Source of the DNA: Lepidodermella squamata
Lineage: Eukaryota > Animalia > Gastrotricha
Reading direction: 5' to 3'
Assembly: GCA_047495785.1 (NCBI GenBank)
Contig: JBLDXI010000007.1
Location: 3,596,001-3,660,000, forward strand
Length of the DNA stretch: 64,000 nt
Positions 11,295 to 21,968 of this stretch are shown here, in pieces. How positions within the stretch are numbered: the first letter of the stretch is position 1; every line of letters begins with the position of its first letter. The translations under genes and the position numbers were made by a program. The notes below the pieces were generated by a model, which was given only the letters and a program-made list of their open reading frames with translations, was not told where the DNA came from and did not search any database.

Positions 11295-13682
11295 TCAGCG
11301 TAACATGATGCAGCGGTGCATGGTAGCGTAGAAGCCCTTCCAGAATATTACTGCTGAAGTCACAGCAGAAAAAACGATCAGAATAACGGACGCAGCAACA
11401 TGTTGATCACTTGCTGACGCAGATCGACCGAGAAGATAAATCATGGCGACAGCAGAAATCAGGAAACTTGACGAGTTAATCAGAGCCAGGCGGACGTAAA
11501 CCACCTCGCCGTTAGACAACTCCATCCTTGCCGTTTTCAGTGAATAGGAGATGAAGTCGCCACAACACAGCCATATCGCGTTGATAGCAGCGAGGCATAA
11601 CAGCCAAGCGACCTGATAATTTGATCGGCAGACGCGTGAATTTGACTGAAAAAACGTATCTAGCACTTCATTGTAGCGTTGGCTAGATTTGCTGGTCTCC
11701 ACGAGACTGAAGCCGTCAATGCTGAACCAGATTGCAACAATAACTAAGTTTGTCATCGAGAAGCCGAGCACGTAGAAAATCAAGCGCATCCAAGTTTCCG
11801 CAATTCGATCAGACGGCACTTTGTTTCTTCTTCTCGAACTCGATAACGGGTTTGATGTCAACCTCCTGACGGCTAAATCTACGACGCTTTGACTCTCAGC
11901 TCGAAATGTGAAGAAGGCAGCGTAGTAAATAAAATGCCTTGCGACAAGTACACCATTGACAAAGCTGACTCCTGCAACAGCCGATGCGACTTGAAAATAG
12001 CACAGCCAATCGCCATTAAAGATTGTTTGCAGAGGAATTGCGTAAAATAATGATGCCATGTCACACCCCATTAAACCTAGCAACATTAAGATTTTCACCT
12101 GCCAATAAACCCCATGTCCTCCCGCTGAAGCTCGTGCAAGCCTCAGCATCTGTTTGAATGATAACAAAAAATGAGTGACGAAAAGGGTCGCGCCAAATCC
12201 TGCAAGAGAGGCAGACATAGCAGGTGTTATGTTATCGTCGATTGTTTGATAAAGTGGCCCATCTCTTGGAGGTTTTCCATTCTTTGTTTGCCAAGCTACT
12301 GCACCCAACTGAATAGCTCGGTAAGTCGAATCATTGAGCACATCAGTTCCTGGTTCGTGAATGATCCTGTAGACAGTTTGAAACCCTCTTTCTGGTGACC
12401 ATTGCGCTATTATTTGGGGCTCGTCGTCCATGTGCAGCCGAGCTGAAAACTTCTGATACCCAACGAGAAGTCCCCTGAACTCAATCAGGCCGACACTTTC
12501 GTTCGCAACCTTCATAACTAATCCAGGGTGCGTAGTCATGTCCCTTAATGTAAGATTTTCTCTTTTTCGTAGCTGGTTTTCGGTTTCATTCAACGCTTGT
12601 AACACAGCAACCATGTTATCGTGGCACCGATGACGTAATATGTATTCGACAGAGCGTCGTTTATTCGTCATAATGTCAAATCGGCGTTCGAATTCAACTA
12701 GATCGTAGCCGAATGTAGTCGCTCCGTTGTTTTCTGAAGCTGCAGGGACTGTTCCGATGTAGAATGCCCTCATAACCTGGGCGATGAGAGCCGATCTTGG
12801 ACAGTCAGGCATATAAGGATCAGGGTAGTCATTAGGGTCGTTGAATGTAATTGTTGGAGCGGAAAATATATATTTACACCCTGACATACCTTTTAGGTAA
12901 GCCAAGCATAGAAAATCTAGGAATGCCGGACCAGTCCCATCCAGGAATATGATTCTAGCGTTTTGCCTTCGCAAAGACTCGACTGTTTCTAGATTCGGTC
13001 TGTCAAGGAACATGTCGTACCAAATCACATCCATGCCAGCATTAATCGCCGATTTGTAGAAAAATTCAGCTGTGTTATAATCATAGGCGTTTAAGCCATC
13101 TGCTAGTATCGCTATTCTGTTCCATTTTCCAATAGCTTTTGCCAATCTAATCCGAGCGAAAGCCATCATTTCCGCGGGCATGCGGCTTGAATACCAATTT
13201 TTGTACAATTTTCGGTTTTCTGTCGCGGTTGGCGAAGCGCATCCGTTGCAGATCATCACAGAATTCAGATGATGGAGAGTAGCAGCGGCTGGTAAACACC
13301 CTGGAGTTAGTAAACCACCGGATATGATCGGCGACTGGTAGTAACCTCGCTTCTCTGGTTGCTGAAATGACTGAGTGTACGACATTATTCCTTTCAACGT
13401 TTCAAATCCCAGAAAGCCTTCCGTTGCCGGTTCCATTTCGATGTGATAGTCGGGCAAGAAGTCTGATCTTTCATTAGCAGCGTCGATTGCGATCTGCATT
13501 GATGGAATGCATGTAAGACCGTCGAGGGGCGGGAATCCGGTGATGGAAGCGAAGGCGAGGACGGAAAGCCGATGTGGCTTTGTAGAGTTTGATGTTGTTT
13601 GATTGCTTTTGCCGACGCTTTTTCCCATGATCGCACAGGCAAATATTATTGCAAATATTTTATTATTTTCGCCTGCTAACAT
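11295..13682 (-). CDS. Class C GPCR, GABA-B-receptor-like, copy 2, intronless
   Basis: Paralog of 4473-6866 with a near-identical VFT and a diverged 7TM; upstream flanks also homologous (~6870-7330 vs ~13700-14150). Confidence 0.88.
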   Translation of the reverse strand: MLAGENNKIFAIIFACAIMGKSVGKSNQTTSNSTKPHRLSVLAFASITGFPPLDGLTCIPSMQIAIDAANERSDFLPDYHIEMEPATEGFLGFETLKGIMSYTQSFQQPEKRGYYQSPIISGGLLTPGCLPAAATLHHLNSVMICNGCASPTATENRKLYKNWYSSRMPAEMMAFARIRLAKAIGKWNRIAILADGLNAYDYNTAEFFYKSAINAGMDVIWYDMFLDRPNLETVESLRRQNARIIFLDGTGPAFLDFLCLAYLKGMSGCKYIFSAPTITFNDPNDYPDPYMPDCPRSALIAQVMRAFYIGTVPAASENNGATTFGYDLVEFERRFDIMTNKRRSVEYILRHRCHDNMVAVLQALNETENQLRKRENLTLRDMTTHPGLVMKVANESVGLIEFRGLLVGYQKFSARLHMDDEPQIIAQWSPERGFQTVYRIIHEPGTDVLNDSTYRAIQLGAVAWQTKNGKPPRDGPLYQTIDDNITPAMSASLAGFGATLFVTHFLLSFKQMLRLARASAGGHGVYWQVKILMLLGLMGCDMASLFYAIPLQTIFNGDWLCYFQVASAVAGVSFVNGVLVARHFIYYAAFFTFRAESQSVVDLAVRRLTSNPLSSSRRRNKVPSDRIAETWMRLIFYVLGFSMTNLVIVAIWFSIDGFSLVETSKSSQRYNEVLDTFFQSNSRVCRSNYQVAWLLCLAAINAIWLCCGDFISYSLKTARMELSNGEVVYVRLALINSSSFLISAVAMIYLLGRSASASDQHVAASVILIVFSAVTSAVIFWKGFYATMHRCIMLR

Positions 13683-14410
13683 TTTTTTCACTTGTTCGGC
13701 AGATGAAATATTTCGTCTAGATTAATTTAGCGATCTCAGCCTCCTTTCAGCTCAACTTTTGGAATAGAATTATTAGCTGATGTGCCCAATTAGCAATTAT
13801 ATTTCCCCTAATTGGTAATTAAGAATGCCGGAGTTCTCAGTTAATTTGTGCTATCTGCTATCGGTGAGCCTTTGCAAGAGGATAGCGGCAATTTCTTTCA
13901 GACGGCGCAAAATTCCTGAGGTAATTGTACCCTCAAGCTTGCAGTCACGATTCAGCGAATCAGAGGAAGTTGTTTGTGCATCTCGAAATTTTACTATGAA
14001 ATATGAAATTAGCAAGGCTTCGGTTTCGTGTCATTCTTCTCTAATGGCTTATTATTTTCGATCGCCCTGAGCACCGCCTGAGCACCGAACTATTCGTGTC
14101 CACAAGCAAACCACTCACTGGTGAGATATGATATCAATTTCTGTTGAGCATCATATCAACCGCAATATATATCAGTTATTAGTTGCTGTCTGAGCCAATC
14201 AAGCACGTTCCAAGTAAAGCTAGTTCAACTTTATATCACTGGCAGCGCCTATTTCTCTTCAACTGCGATGCCATCCTCTATTTTGGAGCTTGAGAAATGA
14301 CTGATTTCGAGCAATTACGAAGAACCTACGGTTGAAGGTTGATGGCTATAATAGTGCAAAAAGAGACGAAAAACAAAAAATAAAAGATAAAAGGTCACTT
14401 TTATTCAGCT

Positions 14411-14822
14411 TCAAAATACGTAAAACCAAAAGTTGGCACTAGTCAAAATTAAACCGATATTCAAGTGTCTGAGAATAAATGAAATGACGATGTCCGTCAT
14501 CAATTGAAGCTGTAGTTGTTCTCCGCAGTCGCTGTCCTTCACGCTTTTGCCCTTCGCATTGAGTTCTTTCAGCTTTTTGCGAAGGTCCTCCAACGAATTC
14601 GACCTGTGCTTCTTCGGCACTAGAATCTGCACCTTGCCGCCACCCGCAATCACTTTGCCGTTAGCTACAGTTGCAATGACCGGCGTTGGACTTTCGGCCC
14701 GGCGTGACGAACCTCGCGTTCCGGCCTCAACGCGCATGCACTCGTCTTTGTGGCGAATATTTCAGCTTGCAAAACGTAAGCGCCAATGAGCAGTTTTCCA
14801 TTGAGATCATTGGTGATTTCCT
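14411..14822 (-). other. Possible coding exon of an unidentified gene (charged, low-complexity)
   Basis: Open frame EITNDLNGKLL...LEDLRKKLKELNAK after an AG; no recognisable domain. Confidence 0.25.
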
Positions 14823-15426
14823 TCTAGAAAGTCTTTAATATTGGCAACTAGGAACCATCTGACATTTAACGAGTATTCTCATCTAATATATAAGAAAATT
14901 AAACTTTGAAGAGGGATGTAACCCCAAAACCCTATAATAAATGTTGTGCTCTTGCGGCTCATTCCCGTGACCCAGGGCTTGTAAATATTCCCGATCATCA
15001 AAAGCCATAATGCACTGAGACTAATGCACCATTGCTACAACGTCGCGAACTAATATAGACTTTCAGGTTAGAAATCCCTCGAAGTGATAATTATCAGGTT
15101 ATAATCGCTTTCCCACGAAAACTATTCGCCACACCTCCTGTCAAGTTGTTGGCTCTGTTTTCACCTTAGATAACGCCAAAACGGCTGAAACTAGAGCGGA
15201 ATAAATGTCTTGAAAACGCGCTCGGAACTTAACTTATTGTTATCATGTTCCACAGGGTTTATTAACCCGATAAAAAATTAGAACTCGAAAGGTGACGTGA
15301 GTGGAACTCTTATCTACGCACCTTATCCGACAGCGTTGGCACTGCCCTTTCACTAAGAAGATACATAATTAGACTTGAACACTTCAAACAAACACACTCG
15401 TAATTTGGACCCAAAGCTGTGTAGCT

Positions 15427-17673
15427 ATGTTAAGTTTATTCGCCTTCCTCTTGCTTCTGCATGCGTCGCAGGCCGAAATCAAAAAGATGCCGAACATTGA
15501 CTACCTCGGCCGCGGCTACGATGTGATCTATGGAGACCCTCATGGTAATGCAGCGGACCCTGGCTTCAGGCAGGCAATTTTTGACTTCACCTACGACAAA
15601 AATAAGCTATCCGGCGACGGAAGTTGGTACATTCCAGATGGCGCCCAGGTCCTGCAAGCGACGACGTGTTCATACCGCGCTGACGCCGAAACTGTGCACG
15701 GCACAACGAGTTACATGAACTCGCTGGCTGTCGACGTTTCAGTGTCCGGCGGCGGCTGGGGCCAGAAGTTCAGCTCGAGCACGTCGTACAAACACGTCGC
15801 GCAGAGAACGTCGGAGTCTCGGACATCGTTCGTTGAGACGGTCGCGAAATGCTCAACCTACAAAGCTGCGATTGATGCCTACATCCCGTTTGGCGTTACC
15901 CCCAACTTCGCCGCAGCTGTTCGGTCGCTGCCAACGGTTCGCGATGACTACCAATACTCGCTGTTTGTTAAAACTTTCGGCACGCACTACCTCATTTCGA
16001 TGACAATGGGCGCGAAGGCTGTTGTTCGAAGTGAGTTCGACGAAATGGCGTGGTCGACGATGGATATGGAAAATTTCAACGTTAAAGCGGGCGCGGAATG
16101 GTCGTTTTTCGGCATCACTGGCAGCATGTCGACGGCGACAGCGACGGAGAAACAGGCTGCGGAAACCTTCGACAGCAAACGCATGGCCCATTCCGAGTAC
16201 TACCTAGGCAGCAGGCCGTCGACTGATGGCCGCTGGGAGACCTGGGCGGCAAATTCGGCGAATTCGCCCATGCCAATAACCTACGAGCTGCGACAGGTAG
16301 AATTTTTCCGAGTCTAGTCTTATATCTGATCGGAAAATAAGTGTAACCCTCAGCCCTCAAATACCTTCCAAATCAAGCCTTCAGCCAAATTCTATGAGGC
16401 GTAGAATTCACTATAACACTGAATCCCCGTTAGTTTCTTGGGGATTCAGGGGGAACCCTGGGGATACCTTCAAATGGTATGATGGGAAATTTAGAGGCCC
16501 CATTTATTCGCAAATCTACAGAAAACCTTGGTTGAACCGACGAATTGTCAAAATCGCCATTGGCTGGACTAGATCCTCCTTCGTACACTACCAACGCCAA
16601 AGCATGCAATTTCATATAAGGAAAGAAAATCCTGAATTTTCCGGGTTCGATCGCGGTGGTTCTGTCCAGCCAATAGCGATGATTTCGCAATTCTACAAAG
16701 TTTCCAGTGAAACTGCGAAAAGGCATAAAACGTTCCTATAGTTGCATTTCGAGTAAAACTACCCCAGGTTTTCCAATTCAAAAGTGAAACATGCCGCAAT
16801 TTCAGAAAATGTATGGGATTGGCAAGCTTTCATAATTTCAGCCTTAGCTCTAATAGTCGAATAATCTAAGGCGAATCTAAGTAATGAATCTTTTCTCTAT
16901 AGATTTCGGAACTGCTGAAAACCAGCTACCTTCCAAGCGAAAACTCGGCCGAACTTGCTGCGAAACGGTCTCAACTAGAAGATTACTACGCCAACTACTG
17001 CCGCTACAACCAAGGCGTATGCACCGACCCAACAGGCGATAACGTTCCAGTTCGCATGAACTCACTAATCACGCCCATCAAATACTCCGAGTCTGTCACG
17101 TGCCGCCCCGGTTACTCACTGCTATTCTGCGGCCAGAAGAACTTGCCGTATGGCACTACAGCCGAACCCTACCGCAAATCGTACCCTCAAGGCGACGCAA
17201 CGTGCGGCTGCTACGACTGGCACGGCATGGAGTGTGGCCTGTGGTGCTCGAACGCTGCAAAAGACAAGCAAATCATAACCCGACAAGGCTGGGCAACGTG
17301 GTCAGTCGAGTGCCCGTGGGGTAGCAAAGTCCTTGGCTGCCACATGTTCCCGAACGGCGCCGACACGGAAAAGTGGCGGCAGACGTATCCGTCAGACGAC
17401 GGCAACTCGTGCCAATTTTACGACGCTTTCGGCGGAACGGGTTACGCGACTTGCGCCGCGAATCTGTACAATTACGAGGTTCAGAAGGCGTACGGCACTG
17501 GCACGTGGCGCGTCAAGTGTTCGCCGGGCAATTTTGTGCTTGGCTGTGGCATTAAGCCGGCGTTTGGCGACTGGGATAAGTGGCGCGAGCACTACGTGTC
17601 GGCTATCGACACTTGCACGTGCTCTGACAGATACGGCGCAATGTGCTACGCATCTTGCGGCAAATTTAAATAA
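15427..17673 (+). CDS. Secreted MACPF pore-forming-type protein with three C-terminal PCSK9/resistin-like Cys modules (2 exons, 546 aa)
   Basis: Signal peptide; YLGRGYD..YGDP start; MACPF signature YSLFVKTFGTHY-x6-GA; W-x6-PMPITYEL; exons 15427-16296 and 16903-17673 join in phase 0. Confidence 0.88.
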
Positions 17674-18438
17674 ATTTTCGCTTACAAAGAACGCGCTATT
17701 TTTATCAAATTATTGCAAGACAATAAAAATAATGAAAAATGATGTTCTTTTTTTGATTGAACAAATATTTTGATTTGATTGAAATTTTTTGCTGAAATTC
17801 CAAATTTGAAGGTTTCAAATCAAATAAATCAAATAAATAGATGCACAATTTAGGGATTTCTACCTTTTGTTTTAATGAAATAAAATATTCTCCGAATGAT
17901 CGAAAGAGTTGTACGCCGAGTTGTACTTCGTTTTCTGTTGCATCTCTTGCGAGGCTGGCTGCGTTCATTTCCAGCTTGGAAGTGTTACAAATCACCATTC
18001 GAAAGGGCTACGGCATCGCTGATCTCGGGACTGTTTTGGCGATGTTGTACCAGAAAACTGGCCTCAAGAACATTGGCATGATGTTTTTGATAACTGATGC
18101 GCAAGTTGCGGACGAGCGGTTCCTTGCGTTGATCAACGACATGTTGGCATCGGGCGAAATTTCTGAGCTGTTCAGCGACGATGAAATGGAAAATGTGTTG
18201 AGTTCAATGCGGATTGAGATTATAGGCACTGGAATGGACAACTCGCGTGAAAACTGCTGGACCTACTTTATTAACAAGGTACGCTTCACAGAGTAATAAT
18301 GATGAGTTTTTGGTATTTCTGATCCTATATCGAAGACGGTAACAGAAAGAACAACATTTTCAGTGCATAAAAATAGCAAAATGACTAGAAAACAAAATGA
18401 TTTGTTCTGAAGTTTGCAGTAATTCGTATTTGATTGAA

Positions 18439-21400
18439 TCAGAAAATTACGGCTAATGCATAAACATTCAGGCCAAAAAAGGAGTCGAGCATGAACAGGA
18501 AAGCTGCCATGTCAAAAGCTCTTGCGCAAGTGAGGCTCATGTGGAGGGGAGCGATGTTGATTACTTTTTTCATCAGCTCCTTATTTCGCGCTGTAACCGA
18601 AACCATAGCAGCTTCGTAGAGCGCCAAAGCGCCTGTCATTCCGCTAAGAATCAAAATGTATTCAGCCATTAGTACAGACTCGCTTGTATCGGGAAGCTCC
18701 CGGCGGATGTCTGATTGCGTTACGATAAGGCTCAGAAGAAGGGTCGCCGTAAAAACTGGCCGGTCTGGAATGTTTGGCTGAAGGATGAGAGATCCGAAAA
18801 CCAGGGTTGTAATGATGCAGCTAGGTGCAAAGCTATTGATCAGGTAAGGCCAGCTTTTTCGCGAGAAGGTGACTGTAAAACGAGCGTAACTAGACGTGCT
18901 ATTCTTTCTGAGCAGGGAAGTCGTAACACCTCGTCCGGAGAGAGTTTTCCCAAGTTCCCACAGCTCACTTTCGAAAGAACCATCAAATGACAGTTTTGCC
19001 AGTTGGAATTGCAGAAACATTTCCGACTCATCGAGTACGAAGGTGAAATCGCATTGTTGCGAATCAAATGGAAATTTGCGTAGTTTCAGGACACATTTCG
19101 ACTTGATCACGCCATATCGCATCCAGTGGAAGAATAAGGTTCGATTTGGTACAGTAGGATAGAAAACAGCCTGCGTTTGGTCTTCGAAGCCGCTCTTCAT
19201 GTAAATGTCTGTTGAAGTGTTTGCGAACTGCAGGCTTGGCACCCAAACATTTTGCCGATCTACTGCGTAGACGCGATCTGCTTCGCTGGCGTTCGGTGCT
19301 GTAGTCTGCCATGGACAGTTGAATACAGCCCATTGAACGGTCAGTCGAACACCGGCTGAAATTTCTCGAGCTTTTGCGTCAATGTCAAGCAACGCTTTGA
19401 ATTCCATCGAGATGTAGATTTTCATGCCGTAATCTGGTGACCTGAAAGGAAAATAAATTGCAAAAGAAGGACGATAACATCATTCTACTTTTAACCCTTT
19501 CATGGATATAGTGACGATTTCTGAATTTAGACTTCGAAAATTCACAGTAATTTCAATCATAGTGACGCCGAAATTGCGTCGCAAGAAAACAATAGAGCAG
19601 CCTGCAGGAATATGTCTTACAGGATGAATTTTTGTATTCAAGGATCCTTTAGTAAATGAGGACAGTAGGCGAAAAAAGAGCCGGTTTTGCTGCAAGGACG
19701 ACGAGTTTTGATTTTTTTATTTTTCTTGTACGCAATTTCGGCGTCACAATGATCTGATGAATTGTTGATCGCCCGATTGAGGAATACTACTTTTCAACGT
19801 TGGCTAGAAGGATTTCGAACGAGCGCGCCGTTATTTGGCACGGTCAGGACATTATAGTCTACCAGATATTGAAATTTCGAATTTTTTTCGAATCGAAATT
19901 ACGGGGGTTTCTGATCTTAATTTGATCGAACAAAATAACTACCGTGTCCGCCATAGTCTCATTGATCAATTATTATACGGAAAACGCTTAGGAAGCTGTT
20001 GATTTTGTCATTTAGACTGAACAATTCAAAATGTCACCCATGGCGGAGCTCGATTTTCTCATACAAATTTTCATTTTCAAAATCTGCTAGGGGGTACGCG
20101 GCACCCCCGTACCCCCCGCAGTCGGATCCCTGCATTAATATTTGATAAAATTTAGAAGCTTTCAGCCGCGCATTTCCTGTCACTGGCCTGAATCCCCTTC
20201 AACCGCGTGTTTACCGCTATTATTATAAAATGCAGCAAATGACGCACCTGACTTTCGGGGCGATGAAGTCACATGTCGTTATGTCCTCGATGGAAACTAA
20301 AGGCGTGATATTTCCATCAATGAGGTTCGGTATCGGAAAATCCGTAGGGTTCGTCATAAAATTGTAGCTCTTTGCTTCAGTTGTTGTTCCAAGTTGTGCC
20401 GACGATGAAAACGGTATGCTAGCGCTTGTAGACTCAACAGATGTTGATGACTTCCCCGTTGAAGATGGGCCTGAGCTGGAGTCTGTATTTACACTACTAG
20501 CAGAGGTTGCTGGCAGTGTCGTGCCTATTGAAGTCGTTTCCACCTTGCTGCAGTTGAACATTTTCACGTGATACAGGTCTATGTTATCTGAATTAGCCCC
20601 AGCTCTACTGCCCAAGCCGAAAACCATTCTTCTCCCGGCGAAAGAACTCGCGATTTTTACTGGTGATGTTGCGTTCGAAAACGGCCCGATACAGGTTCCA
20701 TTTTGCAAACAAAATCCCACCTGAAAAAATGGGAATTGATTAATTGAAATAAAATGTCCCATTGCAGGCAATTTGGTTATTTGCTACAACAATAGGAGCA
20801 TCTTCTACGATTTCGCCGAAGAAAGCGAACTTTCCGGTTGCGTTATACTTACCGAAACGTTGGTGCCATCGACAACTCGAACTTGATAGAGGATGAAGTT
20901 GTTTTGAAACCAAGGCGTGGCAGGCAGTGTTTTGCGGACGATTTCGAGTCCCGTCTCGTTGACTGTTTGATACACCATCGCACTCACTAGTTTGCTGAAA
21001 GGACTGAAACGCACGGATAGGCCAACAAAAAGACTCGAGTCCGTGCCATAGCTATAAGCTGGTTTACAGTAAATAGATAAAAAAACAGTAACTTTAGTAA
21101 ACATCCCTACCTTTAGTCAAGGGTCTTGGAATTGAGGCATTATTAGCTATGAAAATTGTGAAACCATCGCCGCCGATATTGTCTGGACTATCGATGTTGG
21201 CAAAAACTTCGATGAAAAAATCATCAATAGCGAATTCCTGAAGTTTGAGAATCAGATAATATTATTGCAGTAAAATTTCGAAAATAATGTTTATATTGTT
21301 TGTAGAAATTTGTGCAATTCTTTGGAATCCACAAAACTCGAAAAAATTCATGATAGCATTTTCGGTAGATTGTCGGCATTTTGCATGACCGAATTCGTTC

Positions 21401-21968
21401 ACCCCATGCCTGTAGTTTCCAAAGTTTACCAGTTGATTGATAATTAGGCTCATTTTTATTAGAATTTGCCATGATTTCACCGAAGGAAACCAATAGAAGC
21501 GGAAAACCCCAATATATTTTCGGAATTTTTCGGGATATGGCCAGATTTTTTCGTCTGTAAGTTGAAAGACTTATGATGGATTGGTCACCAAAGCAATGTC
21601 TTTGAAACCTCTGAGGCCTGTTTTCGATGCTGTTTTGATTTTGAATATCAATTTTCTGTGTTTTTTCTCTTTCGCGGTACTATGAGGCGTGCGCTTCTAT
21701 TTTTAGAAATTAAACAAGGTTGTCAAACTTTTTTGTTCCAAAGACCAGTGTCGCGCCACAAGTTGCCTTCAGAGGCCAGGCGGGTTATGTTTCCAGGTTG
21801 CCACGTTGCATTCGACATCGATAGGTAGTCCCAATAGGCCGGTCTATCGAATTCATGGTTGATAAGTGACATCTCTGGAACCAAATTGCCACATTGCAGC
21901 TCGCCTTGACCCCTGCTGGGGTTGAGTTTGATCAGAAAAACGATTAGACAAAGCTGAGATGCAAACAT
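18439..21968 (-). CDS. L-type-lectin-like domain + Ser/Thr stalk + Cys-loop ligand-gated ion channel fusion (5 exons, 682 aa), nested antisense in a dynein intron
   Basis: Exons 21968-21729, 21237-21111, 21058-20853, 20720-20248, 19441-18439 with GT-AG introns in compatible phases (0,1,0,2); signal peptide; GGDGFTIFIA and VFGLGSRAGANSDNIDL lectin-like motifs; VWVPSL, Cys-loop CVLKLRKFPFDSQQC and 4 TM. Confidence 0.8.
19557..19753. mobile_element. MITE in intron 4 of the lectin-channel gene
   Basis: ~33-bp imperfect inverted termini atcatagtgacgccgaaattgcgt...acgcaatttcggcgtcacaatgat. Confidence 0.6.

Noticed and set aside
16394-16741. 115-aa ORF inside the MACPF gene
   Set aside because: Lies in the single intron; exons 1 and 2 already join in frame; no domain recognised
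19790-19870. Possible extra channel exon (YLVDYNVLTVP)
   Set aside because: No phase-compatible acceptor found; exon 4 splices cleanly to 19441
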